Of a stretch of DNA of 64,000 nucleotides, positions 1 through 13,167 are shown in pieces; position 1 is the stretch's first letter, and each line of letters opens with the position of its first letter. Under the pieces are notes generated by a model that did no database searches, was not told the DNA's origin, and saw nothing but the letters and a program-made list of their open reading frames with translations. The DNA is from the human T2T-CHM13v2.0 reference genome, Homo sapiens: assembly GCF_009914755.1 (NCBI RefSeq), contig NC_060928.1. The stretch is one strand, 5' to 3'. Position numbers and translations under genes: made by a program.

Positions 1-274
1 CCTAGGTTCAAGTCTCAGCATGGCCACCTGAGAGTGAGAAAGTACCACCAACAGGGTTTGGCACATTGTAAACCCACAGAATCTCAGTGTGCCTTCCCCA
101 GTAACTCGGGTTATTCAGCTTCACCTACTGTGAGGCAACAGGATCAATGAAGTTATAAAATATGTAGCCAATGCCAAAACCAGGCATTGATTAAGATATA
201 ACATCGAGTGTCTTATTCAACACATAAAGTTCATTTTGGGATATGCAGATGGCTCCCATTTTCATTCAGTGTGT

Positions 275-400
275 CATTATTTATTTATTAAGCTCACTTG
301 CCATATTCCAGGCACTGAAAATACAAAGATGAAGATGAACCAACCCTTGCTCTTAAGGTCCAGAAAGTCGTAACTCAGAGTCCAAAATATAGGTAATTCA
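275..400 (-). mobile_element. L2 3'-end fragment
   Basis: atttatttattaagc...ccaggcactg...aagatgaa resembles the inverted L2 tail. Confidence 0.45.
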
Positions 401-459
401 TAATTAAGAGAAAAGCAAACTTTTATAACACACCACTGTACTGATACTGTCTCTAATAT

Positions 460-670
460 AATAATCATGAATATTCATTGAGCTCTTGCTATATGCCAGA
501 TACTGCTCCTAAAAGCTCTTTGAAGATGCTCTCGCTTAATCTTCACAGCAGGTCTATGCCAAAACACTCTTATCCCCATTTTATAGATGAGAGGCTATGA
601 GAACTGCCTAGATATAGCAGAGCTGGGATTTGAACTCAGGAAGCTCACTCTAGAGCCTATGCTCTTAATG
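460..670 (-). mobile_element. MIR
   Basis: MIR core motifs tatccccattttatagatgag and agagctgggatttgaactcagg. Confidence 0.75.
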
Positions 671-1844
671 ATAAGTTAATGGATCATGAGGCGCATTGCC
701 ACACCCATCTAGACTTGGGACTTGGTTTTCTCTGTGTATAATTCTGCTTTTGTACACTTTAGCATTGAATCTGATTTTGAAACAGTTACTACACAAGATC
801 CATCTAGTTTCATACTCTGTGTCTTCAATTTTATTAAATCCCAAACTAAACATAAAATTACATGTGGGTACCACTGAAACCTGTACCCAGGAAGGTTCAA
901 AATGATGCATCTTTTCAACGTTTTCATAAAGCAAACATGAAACACTAAGTGATTAACAGAGAGACTATATACAGTGTGACCAACAGGTATTTATTTATCT
1001 GAGCCATCATGCTTACTACCTGGGGCCACTGAGGGAACTGTATCTTTGAAAAAAACCCTAACTAGATTCAAAGTTCTCACTTTGCAGTAGCAAGATACAA
1101 CCTTTCTTTTAGAATCAGGGCCAAGGCACTCTTTAACTTTTCTAAACTCCTATGAAAATAGTCATTTCACAGATGCTTTTCCTTTTTCAAATAGCCTCTT
1201 GTTTTCTGAAAGGACAGACTACAGAGGAGGAAAAGGGCAGCCACATATTGTATACATGATTGATTGTACAAAAAGAAGTTACTAAACAGCTGGAGGGGGC
1301 GATTCAGTAGTAAAGGAAAATAGAAAGTAGTCAGTCTCTAGGTTAGCCATTGCATTTTATTGTATAAATAGCATTCTAACTTGGAAAGGATGCCCCTGAG
1401 GTAGAAATGAGTCTATTTTTCTAGGCTCCCCAAAGTGCAGTCTACGATCCAAAGATAATTGCATCATGATTTAGTCATAAAACACACACCACTGTGATGA
1501 CTATGTATTTAACACACAGCAAGTCAACAGACAACTATACCCTTTTTATACATGTACTATGGCATGGCATACTAAGATGTCACAAGATATTTGCTCTCGT
1601 TTTCTCTTTTCTTTCAACTGTTGGTATTTGTGTTTATTTTATATATATACACATACACATGTATATACTATATAAAACATACATAATAAACACTAACTTT
1701 ATCATTACAAGTGAAACATACAATGTTTAATTTAGACTGATCATGATTATTTTAAACACTAACAGTATGTTTCACAGGAAGGATGAAATCAAAAGAAATA
1801 CAATGCTAAAAAACTGCTTATTTTATTTCATTCACCAATCTATG

Positions 1845-2022
1845 TATTACCTGAAACCTGAAGTGTGATTAAAGCAAAGTGATTTCATTTCATGGGGATC
1901 CACAGCAGACTCTGAGGCAATTCCAAAAGAGGACTCCCAAAATTATGACTATTAATATTGAGACAGTGCAACATGCTGAAGCAGGTGCAGAGATCCCAAG
2001 TGAACATTTTGAAGGCTGGCAT
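1845..2022 (+). mobile_element. Ancient mariner (MARNA-like) transposase 3' remnant
   Basis: ctctgaggcaattccaaaagagga...cccaagtgaacattttgaagg resembles the mariner transposase C-terminal coding region (L.AIPKE...G.YFEG); degenerate. Confidence 0.4.
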
Positions 2023-2429
2023 AGGTTTGGCTTCTAGTATATTTTTTAAAAACACAATCTCATTGCTTTTCGGTCACAGCTAATACATTTTTTCGAGCAT
2101 ATTTGATTTGAAATACCTATCCTCAGCAACTTATCAAGGGCCACCATCATCCTGTCAAAACCAACTTTCAGAGAGAAAACTAAGCATATCTTCTTAACAT
2201 GTAAAAAAAACTCTAATCCAGTTCTCATCACAGGCCAAGCACTGTAAGATGTTCTGTGGAAACCCAACAGCAAGTAATGTCAGGACACTGAGCAAATGAG
2301 TGGTAAGTGTCACAGCAGAGGGGCCCCTGAAAGTCTTCCTGGAAAGAGGGAGTTAACGTGTACATTTCAAGAGTCCCAGTAGGTAGACTGGAGTGCACAA
2401 ACTTTGCCCTCTCCACAGGCCCCTACTGA

Positions 2430-2940
2430 CACCAGCACTCAATAAGCCAAGGGGCTATGGACAGAAATACCTAAATACTCATCAGCAGGGAACTTGCTAA
2501 ATAAATCGTGGAACTTGTATATAGTGGAATAGTATACATAATACTTAAAAAGACTGACGTAGAAAAATGGACTGATCTACAAAATACGTTCTTACGTGAA
2601 AAAAAGCAAAGCATTCATAAAACAATCTAATTGGAGTAACTTTTTCCTGGTTTTAACTATTTATTGTGGCAAATTTTAAACATACAAAATTAGAGAATAG
2701 AATAATGAACCCGCACGTACCCATAATGCAGCTTTAACAATCAGCAGCTTATGGGCAATTTTGTTTCTTTTTTTATCCTTCTAATCCCAATTATTTTGGA
2801 GAAAATACCATACACAATATTGTTTCCATCAGTATGTGTTATACTGTATTATATATGTTATACTATGACATAGATTAGTATTTTATATTAGTATATATCT
2901 CTAAAACATAGGGATTCTAAAAACATCATCACAACATTTG
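2430..2940. mobile_element. Old L1M 3'UTR fragments, both orientations
   Basis: aaataaatcgtgg...tagtggaatagtat on plus; ttttattgtggcaaattttaaacatacaaaa on minus. Confidence 0.5.
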
Positions 2941-2967
2941 GGTAAATTTTAAAATTGATTATTATTG

Positions 2968-3253
<286 letters not shown>

Positions 3254-3255
3254 TA

Positions 3256-3562
<307 letters not shown>

Positions 3563-3692
3563 TAATATGCGGATCTATGACTCAAACATTTTCTGAGAGG
3601 AAATAAAAACATAAGGTAATGGTCATCACTGGGAAAGGGGGCTGGGGTGAAGGGAAGAGGCAGCTTAATTATTCATTTAAAAATACATTTAT

Positions 3693-3972
3693 GTTTTTTG
3701 AAACAGAGTCTCGCTCGATCACCCAGGCTACAGGGCAATGGCATAATCATGGTTAACTGCAGCCTCGAACTCCTGGTGTCAAGTGATCCTCCTGCCTCAG
3801 CCTCCTGAGTAGCTGGAACTACAGGCACATGCCACCGTCCACCATGCCCAACTAATTTTTTTGGAGGAGGAGAGATGGGGTCTTACTGGTCTTGAACTTG
3901 TGGGCTCAGGTGATCCTCTTGCCTCAGCCTCCCAAAGTGCTGGGATTACAGGCATGAGCCACTGTGCCTGAA
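3693..3972 (-). mobile_element. AluJ
   Basis: Diverged Alu with J-type features (actgcagcctcgaactcctgg). Confidence 0.88.
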
Positions 3973-5401
3973 CAAAACTTTAGGTTAGTTTAAAACTTAA
4001 CTACAACAGAACCGGCTATACCAGGAAGAGCAGCAGAAAGGGTGCCATGACCAGAGGGAGACAGCAAGGTGTCAGTAAACGCCAAACACAGGAAGTAGAG
4101 CTTGGCTGAAAGATGTGCAAGGAGTCTTTCATGTATTAATAGATTCAAACTCCAGCAGGTGACAATGTCTATCAGCTTCAGGATATGAATTCTCTAAATG
4201 GGTAAAAAGGATAGAGAGCTGTGAACTCAGGGACATTACTGAACATAATTATGATTCCAATAATGTGCAGGGCCAGACAGTTATGAGATGAAATGGCCTC
4301 ATCTCAACCTCCCTACTGCCACATTCCACAGTAGTATGCATCATTGAAAGTACTGGGATTTTTAAAGGGCACTTCAAAAACGCTACTTTTTTTTTCTTCT
4401 TAAACAAGTTAATGTCTTAACTCCTCTTTTCCTTATCTTTAGTCCTTGTAATTTATCTACCTTATCGATTGTAAAAATGTGATTTCCTTCCCTGGTGGTT
4501 CTATCTATTTTCTTTGTTATATCTATATTAACACAGCCCTGGGACCCACTAGGGGAACTGCTGGACTACTTTTAAAAAATTAGCCTTTCTGAGTGCTTGT
4601 TTACGCTGAATTCAGATACAATAAGGTTCTCCACATTTTTCAATCTTAGAATCAGTATAGTGGGAGCTATAAGAAAATGATATTTAAAGTAGCTGACTTT
4701 TAGGATCCTGTTCATTTCTGTCACCATTTTAACACCTCCGACAAATCCAAAATATTACAAATATAGACAAAAGTCCAGAAAGACTGGTCTCAATTAGACT
4801 AGTTAAAAGTCTAAACTTCTGAATATATTTTTCAAGAAATACGATTTTCCCACTTTTAAATATTACTTAAGGCTAATAAAACACTCCTCAGTAAATGTCA
4901 AAAAGAGAAATGCCTTTAATGAACAGATGGCTAATGTTTTAACTTTTTATGCGCTTCACCATAAATAAGTTATTTTGAGGACTTTAAAATAGTTCTCTTA
5001 ATTGGGTTATATCCTTCCCCCAACAACTTTGTTTCTTTTATTATTTTGCTTACCAAAACCCAGTATTTCTAGATAGCATATAGAAATGATCTACCTATGC
5101 ACTGGAAGTGTAATTTCTAAATATATGATATTTTACTGTACTTAACACCAAGGATCTGTTTATTTTACAAAAATGCTTCCCAGAACAAACAACTTTATGC
5201 ACGATCCAAAATGAAACTGACCTAAAATATGGTTGAGGAATGCAGTAATATTTTGCAAATAAATTGCCCAATTTTACCGCAAGAGGCTCACGTTCCTCTC
5301 TGCATAATGGACATTTTTGGTCAGTCTAGAGATTTACTCCAATAGTTGAAAAGATAAAAAAAAAAAAGTGCCAGCTGAGGCTACGCCTTCCCCAGGGGTA
5401 C

Positions 5402-6217
5402 CTGTTTCATCCGGGGAGCTGGGTGAGGCACTGTCTTGGGACAACGTTGTCCAGCTGGACTCCTCATCGCTCGGTGCCAGGTTCTGGATCCGGTGCAGTG
5501 CACAGTCGGTTTTGGCCCCTGTTTTCGGATGATCCTTCTTGGTTTCTGGGCTGGATGACACTGTGGCTACTTGGCCGTCTTCAGGGCTGGACTGGGGTCT
5601 GTTTGGTTTCTGCAGCAGCAAATCGCCATTCCCAATGATGGTGGAGGCCTGGCCCTGGACTGGCTGGGATTTCTCTTCCGCAGTCCCATGGTGATTGCCT
5701 TGGTTCTGCTCTAGTTCTCTGGCTGAGGTTTCCAGATCTGCATAGTAATTTAGGAAGCTCTTAGTTCTCCTGGGCTGGGAGGGTAAAATCTCACAGCTCG
5801 AGGAATCCTGTGGGTGGGGCTCTTTACCCTCTAACTTCTCAGAAGTTATGTTGATGACTGCAGTGGGGCTCAGGTTTTTGTTGGGGTCCTGCTGCCCTTG
5901 CTCTGCAGCCTTACGGAGCTGGTTCTCCCCATTTTTCACCAGCTTGATGTTGGCAGAGCCATTTCCCAGCAGGGGCTGTGCAGCTGGATCCGAGAGGCCC
6001 ATGGCCGCCTGGATGTTAGTTAGTGCATATTTTTTCCTGCATTTGGGAGGTGTGCTGTTCTTGGTTTCTGTGTGTTTTATTTCAGCGTTCAACAGTTCAT
6101 TGTGGGAGGATCGGAGGTTAAGGGTGTTTGGTGGTGTGGCTGGGCTGTTCCGATTTGTGACGTCTGTAGTTCCGCTGCTGGCCATAAACACTGCCAAGGT
6201 GTCAACACCTGAGTCAG
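5402..6217 (-). CDS. APBB2: APBB2 (FE65L1) large N-terminal coding exon, 816 nt, phase 1-1, residues 7-278 (ADSGVDTLAVFMASSGTTDV...SPSSPDET)
   Basis: Translation recognised as the human APBB2 N-terminus. Minus-strand acceptor ctaatgacttttttttttccccag|CT at 6218/6217, donor ACAG|gtaccc at 5402/5401. In frame with the 19-nt CDS at 25061-25079 (G|CT = Ala7). The ORF-track tail GTPGEG...LLE is intron read-through. Confidence 0.97.
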
Positions 6218-8198
6218 CTGGGGAAAAAAAAAGTCATTAGACACCTGCCATGATTAAACTACTTAGTATACAGTGTGAGTAAATATTTTTATATAGAAAA
6301 CTAAAAGAAGAAATGCTTCCACTGCACATACATTCTCATAGAATGGACCCATTTTCCTCTTTATTTCACCATTTGTTCCTATATTAAACAGGAGCAAATA
6401 AAGGGCTTAACGTGGATAACCAAAAGCCAATTTATAGAAAAGCTAAGAAGTCTGAGGACCTAAATTTTACTTAAAATAAAAAAGCATTTCTCTTTGAATT
6501 CACATAAAAGCATTTTCTTCTGGTGGCTGGTCTTCATTTTTTACAAGCTTGAAAAATCATCCCCTTTCCAAATATTCCCACTACATTTTTATTCTTTGGT
6601 TCCTTCAGGCAACAACAAAAAATTGCTCAAGATTCCTCTGGGGCTTCAGCTTTCTTAATTAACCTGAAAGGTCATTGTTCAATGATGCTCCATACATCCA
6701 AGGTAATTTTTCTCAACCACGTTTAGAAACTGTGTTCTGAATGCCTGGAAAACTAACCCTCCATTAGAGTTTGCTAATGTCTTGGTGAACATTTTTGACC
6801 TGGGCTTACTGTTTGTACTAAACTGAAATTTTGAAGAAATGGCTTAATTTCTGAAGAACACGTACACACGCACACAAAACTATTACTGTAGCATTGAGCC
6901 CTTGGCTACAGACAACATGTTAGAGCTCCCAGAGGAGTCTGAATATATTCCACTGAATTAAAATACAGACTCAGCTGTTTGCAGTCATCACATGCCTCTG
7001 CAGAACTCCTAGGAAACTATCTGGCAACCGCATTTATCTCAAATATTGTTTGCGCCGTTAGTGATTTATTCTATATGTCTCTCGCTGGGAAGAAAGAAAG
7101 GTTTCTTAGACTAGAAGGGAATAAAATTCATCAGCAAGAATTCCTAAGGTTTCAGATTTCTCAATCTATGAGGAGTGACTTCTTTCTTATCTGATCCTTT
7201 TGCCCTCCACAGAGACTTTGGTGATCTCTACCTCAGCAGCAGATGAACCAAAGCACAGCTCCTGAAATTCCTGAAATTATATTCTGACAATTCCCTCTTC
7301 CTCCCCCAGGCAAAACAGGGATCTTTGCAGGAGAGAAGGGCAATAATTTCCTTGTTTGGGAGCTTAGAGGTATCTCTCCATCACCAAATACTTAGGTTGG
7401 GCAATTTTAGAAAAAAGTTGCTCATTCTAGAGTCCCTATGCTTCCAGGAAGCAAGGCAACATCAATCCTCCACTCTAGGCCATGGCCATTTTTATAACAG
7501 TATGACCATGTGGCCCATAAGAGAGTCAAGGGCTGTAACCCCAAGGGTTAGGATCTTGGGCCCCATTCTTTAAAGTTATTATTTATCGGGATTCCTTCTC
7601 ACCTAGCACCTCACCTTAGCTCTTAGGCCTCATTTTACAGAAACAGAGAATGTAGTGTGGTTTTTCCTTTTTCAAAATTTCCTTTTCCTCCACCCAGTCC
7701 AATGGAAGGTTTCTGCCTTTTAAACAATACTCTTGACAATTAAATTAAAAAAAAACAATTTTTATTACCATTTGGCTACAACTATTATACCATTTTATGG
7801 GAAACATGTTTCAATTTATAATTTAATTTCACTCAAGAGTGGCATTTCATATGAGAAGGGCCTACCTGAAACCTACATGAAGTTTTCCCTGAGACACATA
7901 TCCAGAGCATAGATACATGAGAGAAAGTTATTTTTAGACTCTTGGGTATTTAGAGTGAGATTATGAGAAAGTGCAAATCTGCTGTTCCTAAAAGGCATGG
8001 CAAAACATTTATATTAGGCTGCTTTATGATGCTAGGTACTATTATACATTCTAGCAATGTTATTAGGGAGATATTTTTATTTGCTTTGTTTATAATCATA
8101 CATATTTTCAGAAAGAATACCATCAGAATTTCTAGGTGATTTTTAATATATAAATAACTTTTATATCCTCAATATGACAGATTAAGACTTCTAGCCAC

Positions 8199-8491
<293 letters not shown>

Positions 8492-8667
8492 AAGACTTCT
8501 AGCCATATTTTCACAGTCTTTGGGATCCCATTACCCTATCAGGGGCCATGTAACTCTTCTGCTTGCTAGAAATAATGGAGGGCAGGCAGGAGGGGTAAGA
8601 GGCTGAATAGAAAAGGACCATCCAATACAAACTGGATGAAAAAATGCAGCTCTGTATATGCCATATT

Positions 8668-9015
8668 TATTAGTTTATTTACGTACTTATTACTTTTGAG
8701 ACAGGGTTGGTTATTTATTTATCATTACTTTTGAGACAGGGTCTTGCTCTGTCACCCAGGCTGGAGTACAAGCGGCAGGAGCATGCCTCACTGCAGCCTC
8801 AACCTCCTAGGCTCAAGCGATCTTCCTACCTCAGCCTCCTAAGTAGCTGAGACCACAGGCGTATACACCACACCTGGCTAATTTTTTGACTTTTTGTAGA
8901 GGCAGGGGTCTCACTTTGTTGCCCAGGTTGGTCTCAAATTCCTGGGTTCAAGTAATCCTCCTACCTCAGCCTCCCAAAGTACTGGGATTACAGGCGTGAA
9001 CCACCAGGCCCAGCC
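8668..9015 (-). mobile_element. AluJ with a short duplication of its 3' end (tacttttgagacagggt twice)
   Basis: Alu consensus match; duplication visible near 8691 and 8726. Confidence 0.88.
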
Positions 9016-9414
9016 TGTATATGTTGTTTTTATATATCAAAGCCTGAACACAGTTTGAGTAATATCTTAGACATTAAATAATGGTATCATGTGGAGGCAA
9101 AAGAAAAAGTTCAATTCTAGAGCTACGGCAGCCAAGCTAATCCCATGAACTATAGAGTTCCTCTAGGAGTTACATATCAGCTAGGAAGTCCTTGGGCTCA
9201 AAAGGGTCATGAAGTAGCTACAGGTTAGCAAAATCCTAGAAAGATCAAGGCTACAAGAAAGCAGCCCCAAGGGAGAGGAAATGCTGTAAGGGTTAAAAGC
9301 ACAGATCTCAGGGTCAAGGAGAGAAAGGCTCAAGACCTATCCAACCTACTTCCTGGTTAAAAATGGGGATAATAATAGTACTTGGTTTACATGACAAGTA
9401 AACTTGCCTACAGG

Positions 9415-9500
9415 GAGTTTATAACAATAAATGTGAGCTCCACTCACCACTTTGTACGAGTTTATAACAATAAATGTGAGCTCCACTCACTACTTTGTAC
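9415..9500 (+). repeat. 43-bp tandem duplication, 2 copies, 1 mismatch
   Basis: gagtttataacaataaatgtgagctccactcac(c/t)actttgtac at 9415-9457 and 9458-9500. Confidence 0.97.
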
Positions 9501-9824
9501 GCAAGTAATATAGCGCGGGGCTGCCTACCAGGGCCCCCAGATTACCCCCCACTCTAATTGGTCTGAGTGATTGAAATGGTCTTGTTGCAGAGACACACAG
9601 AGAGGAAAGAGACTAAGAAGGAACAAAGAAGTTGGGTCTATGAGGATTTAATTATGAAAAAAATATACATTCCTCGGGTTTAAGAGGATAGAGGTTTGTG
9701 TTTGTCTTTAAATAAAAGAAAATCTTACAATGTTTCTTTAAACCTTCTAATATTTAACTGTTTTCTTTGGAATCAAAAGGCCTAAGAAATAAGACCAAAC
9801 TCTTTAACACAACCAACAAGTTAC

Positions 9825-9975
9825 TTAAACTCCCATTTCTTTGCTGTAAAATGAAATTATAATAGTATCTACACCTCATTGAGTTTTGCTGGGGACTAAA
9901 ACATGACTGTCAAACCTTTGACATAATGGCTGGCATACTGTAAGAGCTCAATACATGTTAGGGATTATCATAATC
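9825..9975 (+). mobile_element. MIR
   Basis: ctgtaaaatg...ataatagtatctac; tggcatactgtaagagctcaata. Confidence 0.65.
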
Positions 9976-10029
9976 ATATAGCTCCCTCCTTCCTTGCACA
10001 CTTTTATTTCTGACCACCATACCTCAAGC

Positions 10030-11500
10030 CACCACTGACTGAGCACTTTCTTCTTGCTGGGTACTGTGCTAGGAATTGGAAAACCAAGGAACATAAAGTT
10101 CCTACCTGCTATGTGCTTTCAGGCTTGCAGAAGAAAAACACACAATAAAGTCACAGAAATCACAGAGGGTGACGGGTGGGCAGATGCAGAGGAATAAGTG
10201 GGCTACTCACCTAGGGTTGGAGAGGATCTTCAGGGAAGGGAGGATTATCATCAAGGGAGCCTGAACAAATCAAGACATGAAAGGAGAGGCGGTATGATGG
10301 AGAAGAGCAAAGGCAGGGGTTCTTCTGAAGCATGCTCTAACACTTTGGACTTGACCCTGAGGCAACAGCAGGAGGAATGAATGGAAGGTTGATGTGTATA
10401 TTCTGAGTGTGTGTGTGTTGTATCTGTGTATATGTTGAGCCTTTTTCCTCTAGTATATTCTCCGAGAAGGCGATGACTATGATGAAAAGACATTAAAGAA
10501 GTAATGTAAACCAGGCAATTAAAACATCAGTGGTGATCAGAGAAACAGTGGAAAGAGGTACACAGACAGTGTCTTCTGAACCAACAAAGAGGTAAGCTGG
10601 CCCCATTTTTAGGCTCATTCTCTGGCCTTAGAGTGGACTCTGCCATTTACCAAAGGGAAGCAGGACCAGTTGGGAGGTTCTTTGCAACAGTCCAGTCAAG
10701 AAAGTGGGAGAGGACAAGGTAGTCACAAGAGACTTAGGTATGGGGGTGAAAGTCTTACTCTCCCACTACTACAGTTCCAGCTCTGGTCAATCATCCCTTG
10801 AACAGGGCAGAAAGATAAGGTTCCCATTAGCCACTTGGATTCAGAAGTGAGGATTGAAGAGTCTGGTGAATTGAGTAATTAGAAAGACACTGGTGACTTC
10901 TATCATATCAGCTTCAGGAGAATGCAGAGGTGGGCAGAGAGTGAACTTTATTCAAGTTGGGGGAGACAGGACAGTAGCTGGAGGATGACCCAGGTTTACG
11001 GGAGGGACTTTATACTTTTTAAAGATGAGATTCTTAGTTATGGTTTATTGTTTAAAGGCTGTAAAAGCAGAAGCCAATAAAGAGAGTAAAAGTGGAAACA
11101 CAAAAGAGTAACAGAACAGTAAGGTAGAATCCACGTGATGAGAGAAGAGAAGGGACAAGACCGGACTGGAAACAGCACTGCCCAAGATAAGGGTACCTTC
11201 ACGCTAGGAGGGAAGAGAGGCGGTAAGGACAAGGACAGACACGTGTGTCACTACAGTGACACAAAACCGAGCAAAAGCGAAACTGGCAGCCTTAATTTTC
11301 TCTATGAAGAGAAAGTTTTCCCAGAGAGGAAACAGTCTAGGGGTATGGTGTAGAAGGAAACTTAAAAAGGGAGACAACGTTCAGAAATAGTCACAGAGGG
11401 GAAGGTGATGAAGTCGTCGGGCGTGTTGAGATGAACAGATGAGGGTGCACCCTGGGATCTGGCCTGGAGAAAGCAGGAAATCAGGGGACTGCACAGTAGA
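10030..11500 (-). mobile_element. Fragmented L2
   Basis: Purine-rich degenerate L2-like segments (actgagcac...gtactgtgctagg; cagtccag...aga). Confidence 0.4.
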
Positions 11501-11679
11501 AACGGTAAAGAAGTGGGAGAAAAGGAAAAGGCCAGAGGTCAGAGGTCCCAGGAAGGTAGAGGTATTGCATGCAGTGCAAAAACCCAAGGAGGTGGCAGTC
11601 TTCCACTGCCGAAGCCATCAAAAAGGGGAAGGAGAGGGGAGAACAGCAGCATAAGCAGCTGGCAGAGGCAGCAGAAAGG

Positions 11680-11900
11680 AAAGAGACAAGGAGACAGAAA
11701 GTCAGAGAGAGAGGAAGAGACAGAGAGACAAAGAGAAGGAGACAGAGAGAGGAAGAGACAGACAAGGAGTCGAAGAGAGAGGAGGGAAAGACAGAGACAG
11801 AGAGAGGAAGAGACAGAGAGACAGAAAGTCAAAGAGAGAAGGAAAGAGAGGAAGAGACAAAGGAGTCAGAGAGAAAGAGACAGAAGCAGTAAAGAGAAAA
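11680..11900 (+). repeat. GA-rich low-complexity tract
   Basis: Repeated gagagagaggaagagaca-type units. Confidence 0.9.
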
Positions 11901-12529
11901 CAGTGTACCCTATTCCTTTAAAAGCCAGGGTAAATTTAAAACCTATAATTGATAATTGAAGGTCTTCTCTGTAACCCTGTAACACTCCAATACCACCTTG
12001 TTGCCAGTGTAAACAAGGGTGTAACCCGAAAGCACTGAAGCCACTGACAACCCATAGCCTTCCTATCAAAAATCCTTAACCCTGCAGGTTTCCTAACAGG
12101 GGATCTAAATCTTAACTAATTACCATACAAAGGTCCAACTAGATCTAGGAGGAACTCCTTCAGGACAGGACAATAGATGGTTCCTCCCAGGTGATTAAGG
12201 AAAAAAGACACAATGGGTATTCAGTAAGTGATAAGGGAACTCCTGTAGAAGCAGTTAGGAAAATTGCCTAATAATTGGTCTGCTCAAACCAGTGCCAGCT
12301 GTTTGCACTCAGCCAAACCTTAAAGTACTTACAGAATCAGGAAGGAACCATCTATACCAATTCTAAGTTAATATGGACTGAACGAGATCTTATTAATAGC
12401 AAAGAACCCAGGGCGTTCAGTCCATATTAACTTATAAGGTAATCCCAAATTTATTAGGTTATAAGGTAATCCCAAACTTACAACGTTTTCAACAAAAGTA
12501 AAGTTTGCTAAAAGTTAACAGTGTAACAT

Positions 12530-13112
12530 GTATTATCCTACTACCACACACTCTCAAAGGATTTCTCAGTTTGCAAGAAATAATGAAACCTATCCTTACT
12601 CTACAATCCCAAATAGACTCTGGCAGCAGTGACACTCCGAAGCCTCTGAGGCATAGACCTCCTCACTGCTGAGAAAGGAGGACTGCTGCACCTTCTTAAG
12701 GGAAGAGTGTTGTTTTTACACTAACAGGTCAGGGATAGTAAGAGATGCCGCCCAGCGTTTACAGGAAAAGGCTTCTGAAATCAGACAACGCCTTTCAAAC
12801 TCTTATACCAACCTCTGGAGTTAAGCAACATGGCTTCTCCCCTTTCTAAGTCCCATGACAGCCATCTTGCTATTACTTGCCTTCGGGCCCTGTATTTTTA
12901 ATCTCCTTGTCAAATTTGTTTCCTCTGGGATTGAGGCCGTCAAGCTACAGATGGTCTTACAAATGGAACCCCAAATGAGCTCAACTAACAACTTCTACCG
13001 AGGACCCCTGAACCGACCCGCTGGCCCTTTCACTGGCCTAAAGAGTTCCCCTCTGGAGGACACTACAACTGCACGGCCCGGTCTTCGCCCCTATCCAGCA
13101 GGAAGTGGCTAG
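12530..13112 (+). pseudogene. Disrupted ERV9 env TM remnant (degenerate immunosuppressive domain, cysteine motif, TM and cytoplasmic tail)
   Basis: DLLTAEKGGL, EECCFYTN.SGIVRDAA and ORF 12855-13112 (LLLLAFGPCIFNLLVKFVSS...LQMVLQMEPQM); frameshifts and stops upstream. Confidence 0.85.
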
Positions 13113-13167
13113 AGCAGTCATCACCCAATTCCCAACAGCAGGTGGGGTGTCCTGTTTAGAGGGGGAT

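Larger units (their letters stand above)
11563..13167 (+). mobile_element. ERV9/HERV9 internal remnant: RNase H fragment, GA-rich tract, env 3' end, polypurine tract; no 5' LTR
   Basis: LHAVQKPKEVAVFHCRSHQKG (RNase H), env TM sequence, and agagggggat immediately before the LTR. Confidence 0.88.

Noticed and set aside
5337-5401. Possible 65-nt mini-intron (donor, U-tract, AG at 5338-5337)
   Set aside because: At or below the minimal human intron size with no clear branch point; the U-tract is better explained as a donor enhancer.
5848-6240. 130-aa plus-strand ORF (and the 71-aa ORF at 5423-5638)
   Set aside because: Antisense shadows of the APBB2 coding exon with no independent support.
11481-11959. 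Arg/Glu-rich and Leu/Ser-rich ORFs
   Set aside because: Translations of the GA-rich tract in the ERV9 remnant.
12855-13112. Possible syncytin-like env gene
   Set aside because: Only the TM/cytoplasmic tail is open; the upstream env is frameshifted, has stops and is mostly deleted.
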